Source of the DNA: a virus
Reading direction: 5' to 3' (one strand)
DNA length: 40,543 bases
IMG/VR virus record: IMGVR_UViG_3300045988_142036
Span: 1 to 40,543 of that record
Of the stretch, positions 8,357-17,794 are shown piece after piece (the stretch's first letter is position 1; each line of letters starts with the position of its first letter). The position numbers were made by a program, and so were the translations under genes. The notes under the pieces were generated by a model. It worked only from the letters and a program-made list of their open reading frames with translations, did no database searches and had not been told where the DNA came from.

Positions 8357-10419
8357 TACGATTGATAATTGACAACAAAGAGGCTGATTTGCTTAATAAC
8401 GATTTCACTTGGAATATGCAGTGTGCTGATTTCTTCTCTTTTGACACACGGCAATTCTCCTGCTCTGATGTGATGTATTTACCTATGAGTAGTGCCAATA
8501 ATGAAATATTTGAATTGGCGGGTATGGTAGGGAGTGTAAGTGATAGACCACAAAGGGCATTTGACGTGGAACTACTCATTGACGGCATTCCGATAGTAAG
8601 AAATGCTAAGGGCTACCTTATGGGAGTGCAGAACGATACTTATAAATTTGCCTTTCATGAAAGCACGAAGGATATATACCACTGGTTGAACCTCTATAAG
8701 TTGTCTGATGTTATTGGGGATAAGCTGAACCACAATAAGACAAAGGAGGTAATAGAAAGGACTTTTAGAAATTATGAAAAGTATATACTTGCAAGTAATG
8801 AACCTTTTGATGATGGCTTTTTATATCCTGTAGCGGAGTATGGAGGAGACACATTACATAGAGGGTTTATGGATATATTAGGCTTAAAGTCTTACAACTT
8901 CTATTACGCCCCTCCTGCTATACATGTGCCTTGGATATTTAAGGAGGTACAGCGGATGTCAGGGCATACGTTTGAAGGGAGTTTTTTTAACACTGGCACT
9001 TTTAAAACATTATTTATTACCACGTCCCAAGTGATTAATGAGAACGACCCCGAAGGTGCATTAGTAAGTCTTACACAAGCAGGTAAAACAAAAGAAACTA
9101 CATTAGTAAAAGAAATATCAGATAGGCAGGGAGAATTGTATTTGACAATGAACTCATATAGCAGCCCAACGTATTTTATAAAAAAGCAAGATAAGGACTA
9201 TATCTATCAGATACCAGCTGATAAGTTAGGTACATGGGATTTAGTGCTGTCAGGCAGGACGCAAGGGACAGCAGATAGAAGTATTATGTCTTATGTGGAA
9301 ATATACAAGAATGACGACACTACTCCTATTTGTTCCACACGAGGAGGAGTTGGAGGGTATGTAACACAGCATAACCATTCAGGTAGTGGTTGGAACTTTG
9401 CTATAAGAATACCTGATTATTTTGCTCCTAATGATAAGATATATATAAGGTTGTTAGCTGAAGCGAAAAACGTTAAAGACAGAGAATTAGCCACACATGA
9501 TCTGAGTTTCAAAATAGAGCAGACCTCAAGGCAGTTTCTTAATCACTTAGTATCTGAACTCTCAATGTTAGACTTTTTCAAGGAATTACTAATAATGTTT
9601 GGGCTTACACCCATGAAATTAAACATTGATGATGAAGTACAGCACTTTTACACACTTGATGAAAGGCTGAATGATGCCCCAATAATTGACTGGTCGGATA
9701 ATTTCGTAAGGGTTACCAATCTGGAGTTTCACGCTCCGACAGCCTCCTATGCAAGACGCAATCACTTTAAGTATAAAAAGTATGATGAGCAGGTACTCAA
9801 TCAAGTGAAAGCGGACGGGGTGCTTGTGGTAGATGATGAGTTACTAACATTCAAGAAAGAAAGGGAGGGTAAATTCTTTGCGGGGGTGGATGATGATAAG
9901 ACATTAAACACTATCCTAAAAAGCACATTAAACACTGGTCACATTAACATTCCCTTGAATGATTTCTACTTTTGGGAAAAGGAACTGAAAGAGAAAGAAG
10001 AAGGAGGGCAAAAAACAATAGAGACCATCTATAAGGCAAAGGACGGCCGCTTTCATATATTTAATGTAGAGAACTACGATAATAGCATTGATTGGGAATT
10101 TCCTCCAGCTAAAGGAGTGGTAAAAGGAGGGGGTATAAATTCAGAAGAATTTACTTTCCCAGTAAGTAGGGCGGACTTTTGGGATTTACGATGGAACAAC
10201 CTTATTAGGAACTATTACGGAGACTTTAATGACATTCTCAATCACATGCGAGTATATACGTGTGAGATAAACCTTAACGCCTTGGATATATACGAATTTA
10301 ACTTTTTCAAGCGTATCTATATAGCCCAGTTGGGAGGGCTATTTTTGCCCAACAAAATCACTTTTAAGACAAACACCCTTGCGGTGGTGGAATTGATTAA
10401 GATAGAACCAATAAAGTAA
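8353..10419 (+). CDS. Large virion-associated protein, function unknown
   Basis: 688-aa ORF between the terminase and the tape-measure-like gene. No motif recognised. Confidence 0.7.
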   Translation: MIRLIIDNKEADLLNNDFTWNMQCADFFSFDTRQFSCSDVMYLPMSSANNEIFELAGMVGSVSDRPQRAFDVELLIDGIPIVRNAKGYLMGVQNDTYKFAFHESTKDIYHWLNLYKLSDVIGDKLNHNKTKEVIERTFRNYEKYILASNEPFDDGFLYPVAEYGGDTLHRGFMDILGLKSYNFYYAPPAIHVPWIFKEVQRMSGHTFEGSFFNTGTFKTLFITTSQVINENDPEGALVSLTQAGKTKETTLVKEISDRQGELYLTMNSYSSPTYFIKKQDKDYIYQIPADKLGTWDLVLSGRTQGTADRSIMSYVEIYKNDDTTPICSTRGGVGGYVTQHNHSGSGWNFAIRIPDYFAPNDKIYIRLLAEAKNVKDRELATHDLSFKIEQTSRQFLNHLVSELSMLDFFKELLIMFGLTPMKLNIDDEVQHFYTLDERLNDAPIIDWSDNFVRVTNLEFHAPTASYARRNHFKYKKYDEQVLNQVKADGVLVVDDELLTFKKEREGKFFAGVDDDKTLNTILKSTLNTGHINIPLNDFYFWEKELKEKEEGGQKTIETIYKAKDGRFHIFNVENYDNSIDWEFPPAKGVVKGGGINSEEFTFPVSRADFWDLRWNNLIRNYYGDFNDILNHMRVYTCEINLNALDIYEFNFFKRIYIAQLGGLFLPNKITFKTNTLAVVELIKIEPIK

Positions 10420-10423
10420 GTGT

Positions 10424-13414
10424 ATGGCAACAACAATCGCACAATTAGACATAGATATAGATGAGGTTACTAAGAAAGCGGGAGAGACTCGCAAGCGACT
10501 CATGGAGATAGCTGAGGAGATGAAGAACCTCAAGAAGAATTTTGCAGAGGGAAATATTTCAGTGGAGGAATATACGCAACAACTATCACAGCTCACAGCT
10601 GTACAAAAGGAAACTCAAAAGGACTTGCGTACTTATGAGAGTATTATGCAGGCAAATGTAGCGGCAAATGACAAAGCAATGCAGGCAAATAATATACTTA
10701 CGGGGTCTATTCGTGAGTTGTCTGCGGCCCTTTCTCAAAACAAAAAGATATACTCGGAATTGTCAGCAGAGCAAAGAGAAAGTGCAGAGGGCAAAGCCTT
10801 GTTAGCTACTATACAAGAGCAGGATAAAGCGTATAAAGAGCTACAGAAGAGCATAGGGAATACACAAGTAGATGTGGGTAATTACAAGCAGGCTATATTA
10901 GACGCTTTGGGTGATAATAATTCTTTTGGTGTGTCTATTAATGGGATTATAGGGGAGTTGCAAGCAATGAAAGATAAGATGTCAGGGCTTGCTACTATCA
11001 TCATGAATTACATTAATTACAACAAGGCATCAGCAACAGCCATGAATGCCACAGCAGCAGCAACAACAAAAAGCTCTTTAGCAATGAAGATATTCAGGGG
11101 GGCGCTTATTAGCACGGGGATAGGTGCTATTATTGTGCTACTTGGTAGCTTAGTGGCGTATCTCACGAGTACTCAGGAAGGGATAGATAAGGTTGCAAGG
11201 GTAACGACTCCCCTTAAGATTGTATTCCAAACCTTGTGGGGTGTAGTTCAGAATATGGGAAAGGCATTGGTAGAGGCTTTTACCAGCCCTCAAAAAGCTA
11301 TTAAAGGACTAATGGGATTGCTTGAAACTCTATGGAATCAAGTTTCAAATAGGGTAACAGGTGTATGGGATATTATAAAAGGAGTAGGTGATATAGTTAC
11401 GGGAGATATTGAAAAAGGATTGAAAAAGGTAGGAAATGCAACATTGCAAGTGATTACAGGGGTAGATAATGTAGCAGAGAAAGTAGAAAATTCTGTAAAC
11501 TCAATGAAAGATACCATCAATGAAGCACTGGAGCGAGGAGCAAGGATAGAGGAAATAAATCAAAAACTATCAGCTTCAGAAGCTGATTTTATCGAGCAAA
11601 CAGCCATACTCAAGCAGCAGTTCAAGGAGCAGAATAGAATTGCAGAGGACACCACGAAGACATTCCAAGAGCGAGAGGAAGCGGCAAGGAAGAGTATAGA
11701 GATACAGAGGAGTATTAACAAGTTAGCCAAGGATAGGAACAACCTTGAACAGGAACTCCTTAATCTAAAATTTGCAAGCAATGACACAAGCGATGCAGAC
11801 AGGGCGGAGTTAGCCAAGAAGAAGGCGGAGTTAGCAGAGCAGACAGCAGCCATGTTAAAGGCAGAGACGACACAAAATAACAAGGTGAATACGATACATA
11901 AGGAAATGCTTGATGAGCAGAAGAAGCAGAGAGAGGAGGCAAATAAGCGATATATGGAGATGCTCAAGGAGCGATTAGCAGCAGAGAAGCAGGCAATTGA
12001 TGTGTATGTAGAGAGTAATTCCGCCGTGGCTAAATCCTTAGAAGAGCGCTTACAGATAGAGGAGAAAGGTATGAATGACAGATTGGCTGTACTTGAGGAG
12101 GAACGAAAGAAAGGACTTGTAAGCCGTAGGGAGTACGAGGAGCAGAAGAGGAAGTTGGAGCAGGATTTTGCAAAGACAAAGGTTGATTTATCCGTTAATG
12201 CTGTACAGCAGGAGTTGGCTATGTATGAGCAATTGAACCAATCTAAGATAAGCAATGAAGGGAGGCTAACAATAGAGATAGTAACACAAGAGCAACAGCG
12301 GCAAGCGGCTATCTATCAGATGAAGGTGGAGGCATTGGAGAAGGAGAAGCAACTCAAGGAGGAAGCGAACCAATGGAATTATGCACAGCAGCAGGCGCAT
12401 GAGATGGCCCTGTTACAACTCAAGCAGGAGTATGATAACCAAAGTATGGAATTGAGCAAGCAACTCAAGGCACAACAACGAGAGGATGAGAAGACACAGA
12501 GAGAGTTAGACTTTCAGGATAAGCTCCTCACAATGCAAGAAGAGGGAGCGCACCAATGGGATATAGAGGCAGAGCAGATGAGTCAGCGACACACTCAGGA
12601 GATGCAAGGCATTGAGCAGCTCCTCGCTGATAAGAAGATAACAGAAGACCAATACCAAATAATGAGGGTGCAAACTGAGCGTAAACATGACCTTGAGATA
12701 TTAGAGCACCGCAAGAAGGTAGAGGAAGGAAAGATGCAATTAGCAAGTACTACCTTTGGACAAGCAAAGCAACTTTTCGGAGAGCATACAGCAGTAGGAA
12801 AGGCAGCAGCTATAGCAGAGGCTACGATTAACACGTACTTAGGTATTACCAAGGCTCTATCAGCATACCCTCCTCCTTATAATGCAATTATGGCAGGTAT
12901 AACAGGAGCGATGGGATTTATGAATGTCAATAAGATAATGACGACAACGGTTAAATATGCAGAGGGAGGCCCTGTTAGTGGTAGAAGTCATGCAGAGGGT
13001 GGGGTGCCTTTCTCTGTGGCAGGCGTTGGCGGCTATGAAATGGAGGGAGGAGAATATGTAGTCAATAAAAGAGCAACAGCACGATACTTCCCAATTCTTG
13101 AGCTTATCAATAATTCCACAAGGCACGGAGGGCGTAACCCTTTCTATTTTGCCCAGGGGGATATAGTAAGGCAGGCAAAGGTTAGCACTCATATAGACCT
13201 TACAGAGCTGACAGAGGCAGTAAGAGCAGGAGCACTACAAGGCACACAGCAGGGAGCATTGGAAGGAACTCAGGAAGGTGCGTATCAAGGAGCACGAGAG
13301 GGAGCAGCACAAGGAGCGTATGAGGGAGCAACAGACGGCACCAGTGAAGGCATGGTTAGAAGTGGAGTAATTGCAGGAAATAATATTAACTTCTTACCAA
13401 TTCAACAAATATGA
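10424..13414 (+). CDS. Tape-measure-like / internal virion coiled-coil protein
   Basis: 996 aa with long E/K/Q-rich coiled-coil stretches and hydrophobic segments (ALISTGIGAIIVLLGSLVAYL). It has a C-terminal GGPVSGRSHAEGGVPF..GGYEMEGGEYVV motif and octapeptide repeats. Confidence 0.7.
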   Translation: MATTIAQLDIDIDEVTKKAGETRKRLMEIAEEMKNLKKNFAEGNISVEEYTQQLSQLTAVQKETQKDLRTYESIMQANVAANDKAMQANNILTGSIRELSAALSQNKKIYSELSAEQRESAEGKALLATIQEQDKAYKELQKSIGNTQVDVGNYKQAILDALGDNNSFGVSINGIIGELQAMKDKMSGLATIIMNYINYNKASATAMNATAAATTKSSLAMKIFRGALISTGIGAIIVLLGSLVAYLTSTQEGIDKVARVTTPLKIVFQTLWGVVQNMGKALVEAFTSPQKAIKGLMGLLETLWNQVSNRVTGVWDIIKGVGDIVTGDIEKGLKKVGNATLQVITGVDNVAEKVENSVNSMKDTINEALERGARIEEINQKLSASEADFIEQTAILKQQFKEQNRIAEDTTKTFQEREEAARKSIEIQRSINKLAKDRNNLEQELLNLKFASNDTSDADRAELAKKKAELAEQTAAMLKAETTQNNKVNTIHKEMLDEQKKQREEANKRYMEMLKERLAAEKQAIDVYVESNSAVAKSLEERLQIEEKGMNDRLAVLEEERKKGLVSRREYEEQKRKLEQDFAKTKVDLSVNAVQQELAMYEQLNQSKISNEGRLTIEIVTQEQQRQAAIYQMKVEALEKEKQLKEEANQWNYAQQQAHEMALLQLKQEYDNQSMELSKQLKAQQREDEKTQRELDFQDKLLTMQEEGAHQWDIEAEQMSQRHTQEMQGIEQLLADKKITEDQYQIMRVQTERKHDLEILEHRKKVEEGKMQLASTTFGQAKQLFGEHTAVGKAAAIAEATINTYLGITKALSAYPPPYNAIMAGITGAMGFMNVNKIMTTTVKYAEGGPVSGRSHAEGGVPFSVAGVGGYEMEGGEYVVNKRATARYFPILELINNSTRHGGRNPFYFAQGDIVRQAKVSTHIDLTELTEAVRAGALQGTQQGALEGTQEGAYQGAREGAAQGAYEGATDGTSEGMVRSGVIAGNNINFLPIQQI
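13229..13348 (+). repeat. Five tandem 24-bp (octapeptide) repeats at the C-terminus of the tape-measure-like protein
   Basis: GALQGTQQ|GALEGTQE|GAYQGARE|GAAQGAYE|GATDGTSE, read from the translation. Confidence 0.85.
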
Positions 13415-13665
13415 TAAAGTTAAAAGCTATACTCAAGGGTTGGGATAACTACCTATTTCCTGACCCTGAAACAGAAGCAAAGGCAAAGGAGAGGGCAAAA
13501 ATATGTGCGCAATGCCCGCACGCTGTTAAGGGTACTTACCAACAATTCATGCCTGATTATACCTTGAAAGAGGTAGAGGGTATGAAGTGTGATATATGTG
13601 GGTGTCCTCTCTCCACACTGTTAAGACAAGATGATAAGAAATGTGAATTAAACAAATGGGAATGA
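13411..13665 (+). CDS. Small Cys-rich (zinc-ribbon-like) protein
   Basis: CAQCPH ... CDICGCP pairs of cysteines. ATGA overlap with the upstream gene. Confidence 0.6.
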   Translation: MIKLKAILKGWDNYLFPDPETEAKAKERAKICAQCPHAVKGTYQQFMPDYTLKEVEGMKCDICGCPLSTLLRQDDKKCELNKWE

Positions 13666-13889
13666 GAATTTACGACAAATACAAGGAGATAGAGCAGACA
13701 GCGAGGGAGCTGTATAAAAAAGGGTGTAGTGGTGTGTCCTATACACTCTTCAGAGATATAGAGCTGTTTGAGCGATACGAGGAAATGAATGCCCCAAAGA
13801 TGGAACGTTACTTTATCCTTTCAGAGGACTTTCATATAGATGTTAGCCTGGTACGTGCTATAGTGGCTTGCATGTCTAAAAAAATTTAG
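13656..13889 (+). CDS. Hypothetical protein
   Basis: 77-aa ORF, last gene before the integrase-proximal non-coding region. Confidence 0.5.
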   Translation: MGMRIYDKYKEIEQTARELYKKGCSGVSYTLFRDIELFERYEEMNAPKMERYFILSEDFHIDVSLVRAIVACMSKKI

Positions 13890-14116
13890 TGCTAAACTTA
13901 CCACTAAATTTAACACTAAATTTTAAATGTATTGATTATTAGTTAGTTGTGTAGTTTCTTCTTTTTAAGGAACAAATAGGTCTAACATAGTAGATGATTA
14001 TAAAATACACTTATTTATAATTATAATTAGGGTTTAGAGAGAGTTTTCTTATCTTTTGAATTAGTTTTGTTGAAAAAATAATAACACAACTTACCCTTAT
14101 ACTTACCCTTTTTTTG
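13890..14116. promoter_or_regulatory. A+T-rich non-coding region upstream of integrase: candidate attP / arm-site region
   Basis: 253-bp gap next to int. It contains direct repeats ACTTACCCTT at 14089 and 14101, a partial ACTTACC at 13896, and cactaaattt x2 (13903-13922). Confidence 0.3.
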
Positions 14117-14124
14117 TATCTTTG
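14117..14124 (+). promoter_or_regulatory. -7 box TATCTTTG of the integrase promoter
   Basis: tgtatctttgcc lies 19 nt upstream of the ATG at 14143. Confidence 0.6.
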
Positions 14125-14142
14125 CCGTCAAAAGAATGAGTT

Positions 14143-15417
14143 ATGTACTTCTACTTAAAAGAACCAAGTGGGGACAAAGATACAATTATTATCATTCAAT
14201 ATTATGTGAAGGATGAAAAAAAGTTGTTCAAATACTCTACTGGGGAAACTATTAATCCAAATGATTGGGACTTCTCTGCTCGTATGCCTAAATCACGAAA
14301 AGGCTCGGAAGGGGTGCGATTGAGAAAGATTACCACTTATATAATGCAGTATCACGATTTCCTTATAACTCTCATTGATAACTACAAACTCAATGGAGAG
14401 AAGGTAAGCCGTGAAAGGTTGAAATTAGACTTTGACAAGCACTTCAAACCAGAGAAAATACCACAAGAATTTGAATACCTAACAGATTTTGTAGATGATT
14501 TTCTATCAAATATTAAAGGGACGATTAACAAGAATACAGGGAGGGAGTATAGTAAAGCAAGGATAACATCTTATATTGACACTAATAGAGTACTAAAAGA
14601 GTTTGAAAAAAAAACAAAGAGGATAGGTATAAGTGAGTATGACAAGGAAATGAATGATGATTTTATAAATTTCTGCGTTCATGATAGAGAGAGTGGTCTT
14701 AATTCTATTGGTACGTATGTGCATATTATTAAGATATTTCTTAAAAAAGCAAAGGAGAAGGGGTATGAGGTGTGTAATGAATTGTCTGAATTTGCAACAA
14801 CAAAGATGAATAGCTTATCAGTTGCTTTGTCAGAAGATGAGATTGAAAGATTATTTAACTTTGATTTTTCAAAGGATAAACAGCTTGAGAATGTGAGAGA
14901 TTTGATGATATTAGGACTTTGGACAGGGTTAAGGGTTTCTGACTTCATGAGTTTGTCAGTGATTGACCCTGGTAGTAAATTTATAGAGGTAGAACCAAAG
15001 AAGACTCGTAACTCATCAGGTATGAAGGTAGTTATTCCATTACATCATCATATTAAGGAGATGATAAGATTAAGAGGTATGCCAACAGCTATGGAAGTAC
15101 ATTTTTTTAACAAACTCATAAAAAAAGTATGTAAGGAGGTAGGTTTTACTGATAAAATGGAAGGGGACTTGATGAACCCAAAAACAAAGCGCAAGGAACG
15201 GGGGGTGTATGAGAAGTGGCAGTTGATTAGCTCTCACACATGCAGGAGGAGCTTTGCGACGAACTTATATCTGATGAACTTTCCAACGCTTTCAATAATG
15301 AAGATCACAGGACACACTACAGAGGCGAGCTTCCTGAAGTATATAAAGGTAACACCGAAAGAGCATGCAGAGAAGTTATTAGCACACTGGGAGGCGTATT
15401 ATAAGGATAAAAGGTAA
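14143..15417 (+). CDS. int: Tyrosine recombinase / phage integrase (Bacteroidota type)
   Basis: Catalytic motifs GLWTGLRVSD (Arg), SHTCRRSFATNL (H-x-x-R) and GHTTEASFLKYI (His, Tyr), with a long N-terminal arm/SAM-like region. Confidence 0.92.
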   Translation: MYFYLKEPSGDKDTIIIIQYYVKDEKKLFKYSTGETINPNDWDFSARMPKSRKGSEGVRLRKITTYIMQYHDFLITLIDNYKLNGEKVSRERLKLDFDKHFKPEKIPQEFEYLTDFVDDFLSNIKGTINKNTGREYSKARITSYIDTNRVLKEFEKKTKRIGISEYDKEMNDDFINFCVHDRESGLNSIGTYVHIIKIFLKKAKEKGYEVCNELSEFATTKMNSLSVALSEDEIERLFNFDFSKDKQLENVRDLMILGLWTGLRVSDFMSLSVIDPGSKFIEVEPKKTRNSSGMKVVIPLHHHIKEMIRLRGMPTAMEVHFFNKLIKKVCKEVGFTDKMEGDLMNPKTKRKERGVYEKWQLISSHTCRRSFATNLYLMNFPTLSIMKITGHTTEASFLKYIKVTPKEHAEKLLAHWEAYYKDKR

Positions 15418-15430
15418 CAGATAATAAGTA

Positions 15431-15458
15431 AAGGAGGTTTTTAGACCTCCTTTTTTTG
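15431..15458. terminator. Hairpin terminator between the convergent int and RHH genes
   Basis: aaggaggt / acctcctt stem followed by a T7 run. Confidence 0.65.
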
Positions 15459-15632
15459 TTGCTCTTTGCTTTCATATTTCTCCTTGATTTGCAGAGTGTC
15501 GTATTCCTTGCGGATGAGGTGCTCTATTAGGTTCGCTTGGGACATTCCTTTTTTCTCAGATAATGCCTTGAGAATAGCCATGAACTCCTCAGATGCTCTC
15601 AACTGAAAGACTTTTGTTTTTATACGTGCCAT
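15441..15632 (-). CDS. Ribbon-helix-helix (CopG/Arc-like) regulator
   Basis: MARIKTKVFQLRASEEFMAILKALSEKKGMSQANLIEHLIRKEY shows a beta-alpha-alpha pattern. The start is moved to the internal ATG at 15632 because a -7 box sits at 15645-15652. Confidence 0.6.
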   Translation of the reverse strand: MARIKTKVFQLRASEEFMAILKALSEKKGMSQANLIEHLIRKEYDTLQIKEKYESKEQQKKEV

Positions 15633-15644
15633 ATTATTTTTTTG

Positions 15645-15652
15645 CAAAGATA
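15645..15652 (-). promoter_or_regulatory. -7 box (TATCTTTG on the minus strand) for the RHH gene
   Basis: Plus-strand tgcaaagata equals minus-strand TATCTTTGCA. Confidence 0.55.
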
Positions 15653-15751
15653 CGTATATAAATTTATATATATATATGATTGTAATTACATTTAACATTG
15701 CAACACATGAAATTTATATATTTCTTAACTAATTGTAATTATAAAAAGTAT

Positions 15752-15759
15752 TACCTTTG
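15752..15759 (+). promoter_or_regulatory. -7 box TACCTTTG of the rightward island promoter
   Basis: attacctttgcaatg lies 44 nt upstream of the ATG at 15803. Confidence 0.6.
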
Positions 15760-15802
15760 CAATGTCAAAAGATAAGTAATAACATTAAAACAAATAAAAA
15801 AA

Positions 15803-15982
15803 ATGAACGTAGTACAAACATGGACAAAGGCTTTGAAAGCAAAAGCCCGCAAGGAGTTGTTAGAGATCTACAACTGCTATGAACCTAAAAAAGTGAAGTT
15901 TATCAAAAATGTAATCTTTCTTCCTAATGGACGAGCACGAAAGATAGGTTACCAGCACGATTACTCTTATTGGGCATGGTAA
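15803..15982 (+). CDS. Small hypothetical protein (59 aa, below the ORF-track cutoff)
   Basis: Hand-translated as MNVVQTWTKALKAKARKELLEIYNCYEPKKVKFIKNVIFLPNGRARKIGYQHDYSYWAW*. It is the first ORF after the promoter. Confidence 0.45.
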   Translation: MNVVQTWTKALKAKARKELLEIYNCYEPKKVKFIKNVIFLPNGRARKIGYQHDYSYWAW

Positions 15983-16054
15983 CACCTCAAAGCCCTGAGC
16001 AAGGCGCAAAAAGGCTCTATTTTTCAAGTATTAACATTAAATACCTATATCAAA

Positions 16055-16360
16055 ATGAAAAAACAAAGAGAATATATGTGTGAAAATCTGTTGTTTGATT
16101 ACTTAGATGATTATTATAAAAAATTCTATGAGATTGAAAATTGTGAAATAAGTGGAGCTGAGTTATATTCCTCAACTGATGACAGATTGGAGTATAATGT
16201 AAAATGAGAACGAGAAGATGGGAGTATGGCAGATTATGAAGAAAAAGAATATAATTTCCATTGGTTACAAGTAGTAGATTTTGTTTATGAAAAGTTTAAA
16301 TCTGAAATACAAACACTAAAAGACGAAATACAAGCACTTAAAGAACAAATTAATAATTAA
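16055..16360 (+). other. Small ORF interrupted by an in-frame TGA (16205-16207), or two adjacent mini-genes
   Basis: Hand-translated as MKKQREYMCENLLFDYLDDYYKKFYEIENCEISGAELYSSTDDRLEYNVK[TGA]EREDGSMADYEEKEYNFHWLQVVDFVYEKFKSEIQTLKDEIQALKEQINN*. Confidence 0.3.
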
Positions 16361-16372
16361 ATCAATCAACCT

Positions 16373-16777
16373 ATGATACCAACTATAACACCTCAATTAA
16401 ACCTAACAAATAACATTGCTAATAAGTACTATATCAGTACCATGTATGATAGTGATGACAAATGCTATAAGACCGATGTAACAGATATAACAAGCGCTGA
16501 TACTCTATTAGAGCAAACCACTACCAGTTATCGCATGGCAAAAGGTAACCATCAGAGAGCTGTAGAAACCTATGTAAATAAAGCAAACCAAATAGGGGCG
16601 CAAATCGTCTATCAGTACTCTTATGGCTGTTATGCTGTACGTACTACTTTGTCCCTCAAGGGGCGCGGCATAACCAAATCAGAGCAAACAGAGGGGCTGT
16701 ATTATGTGACTGAAAAAGCCCTTGAAAAGCTAAAAACACAATATAAATGCGCTCCTAATATAGATCCCTATAAATAG
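16373..16777 (+). CDS. Hypothetical protein
   Basis: 134-aa ORF within the integrase island. Confidence 0.6.
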   Translation: MIPTITPQLNLTNNIANKYYISTMYDSDDKCYKTDVTDITSADTLLEQTTTSYRMAKGNHQRAVETYVNKANQIGAQIVYQYSYGCYAVRTTLSLKGRGITKSEQTEGLYYVTEKALEKLKTQYKCAPNIDPYK

Positions 16778-16830
16778 TTAATTTCTTTAAGAGAAAGTTT
16801 AACACTGTTAGGTGTAAAAATTTCCTTGAA

Positions 16831-16866
16831 AAAGTTTGCTATTTACAAACTTTTGTAGTACCTTTG
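16831..16866 (+). promoter_or_regulatory. Promoter (-33 TTTG, -7 TACCTTTG) overlapped by an 8-bp inverted repeat
   Basis: aaagtttg/caaacttt inverted repeat at 16831-16853 and TACCTTTGCA at 16859-16868. Confidence 0.6.
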
Positions 16867-16900
16867 CACTATCTAATAACAACTGCTACAGCAGTATAAA

Positions 16901-17230
16901 ATGTATATTATGTTAGAAATGTTCTTAAAAATCGCAGATGAAAATCCCAATGGATTTACTGCAACGTTGCAAGGGGAACTCGTAACAGAAGGCGGGTTCG
17001 TGGTAGCAGAAAAAGAAACTCAGGACAGCTTCGGAGTTGAGGGGCTAAAAAGAGTGCTTGAGTATGCAATCTCTCATAATACCTTAGTGGGAGGTTGGAA
17101 AGAGAATGAAAGTTACTACTTTGATGCTTCAAGGCTCTACAAGAGTAGAGATGAAGCTGTTAAGAAAGGGCTTGAAAACAACCAGATAGCTATCTATGAT
17201 TTAGATAAAAAAGAGGTTGTTTATTTGTAG
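16901..17230 (+). CDS. Hypothetical protein
   Basis: 109-aa ORF. Alternative ATGs at 16910/16919 are possible. Confidence 0.6.
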   Translation: MYIMLEMFLKIADENPNGFTATLQGELVTEGGFVVAEKETQDSFGVEGLKRVLEYAISHNTLVGGWKENESYYFDASRLYKSRDEAVKKGLENNQIAIYDLDKKEVVYL

Positions 17231-17237
17231 AACACAA

Positions 17238-17260
17238 GGAGGGGGAACCCCCCCCTCTTT
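17238..17260 (+). terminator. G/C hairpin (GGAGGGGG-AA-CCCCCCCC) followed by ttt
   Basis: Read directly. It sits between two co-directional genes. Confidence 0.4.
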
Positions 17261-17272
17261 AAAAATATTGAC

Positions 17273-17782
17273 ATGGAAAATATAGTAAAAAATATTCATT
17301 TGCTCGGATTAGAGGATGGGCAAAGGGAGCGATTAGAGGCGGGTGCAACCTTGTATAAGCGCTTTGATAATCTCACATTCAAGGTAAAGCAGTATAAGGA
17401 TGGGATTCTTATTGTAGAGGCGAGGCAGGGGAAGAATTACAAGAGAGATTACTTTTCAGAGAGGGAAATAGTAGAGAGGGCTAAGAAGCTATTTAGAGAG
17501 TTTTCAGAGGATTTTTGCCCAGATAGGATACATGTAGGGATTATTCCTTTCAAGGAGGTGGATAGTGATGTAATTACGGTGGATTATCTCAAGGAGGAGT
17601 TATATAGGTTGCATATACGAATTAAAGATATTAATAATGACACGGGATTAGAGATGTCTAATCTATCAGCGTGGATAAATGGGACACGCCCAATGAGTAA
17701 TATTGTCAAGAATATGTTCTATTACTATATAAGATATAAGGAGTTGATAGAACAAAAAGAGAATGAACAAAAGAACGATTAA
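17273..17782 (+). CDS. Hypothetical protein with a possible C-terminal HTH
   Basis: The segment GLEMSNLSAWINGTRPMS resembles an XRE-type recognition helix region. Confidence 0.6.
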   Translation: MENIVKNIHLLGLEDGQRERLEAGATLYKRFDNLTFKVKQYKDGILIVEARQGKNYKRDYFSEREIVERAKKLFREFSEDFCPDRIHVGIIPFKEVDSDVITVDYLKEELYRLHIRIKDINNDTGLEMSNLSAWINGTRPMSNIVKNMFYYYIRYKELIEQKENEQKND

Positions 17783-17794
17783 AAAATAAAAATC

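Noticed and set aside
11560-12255. 231-aa minus-strand ORF antisense to the tape-measure-like gene
   Set aside because: Its Ser/Leu/Cys/Phe-rich, low-complexity translation is what the antisense of a GAG/AAG-rich coiled-coil gene produces. The plus-strand 996-aa ORF explains the region.
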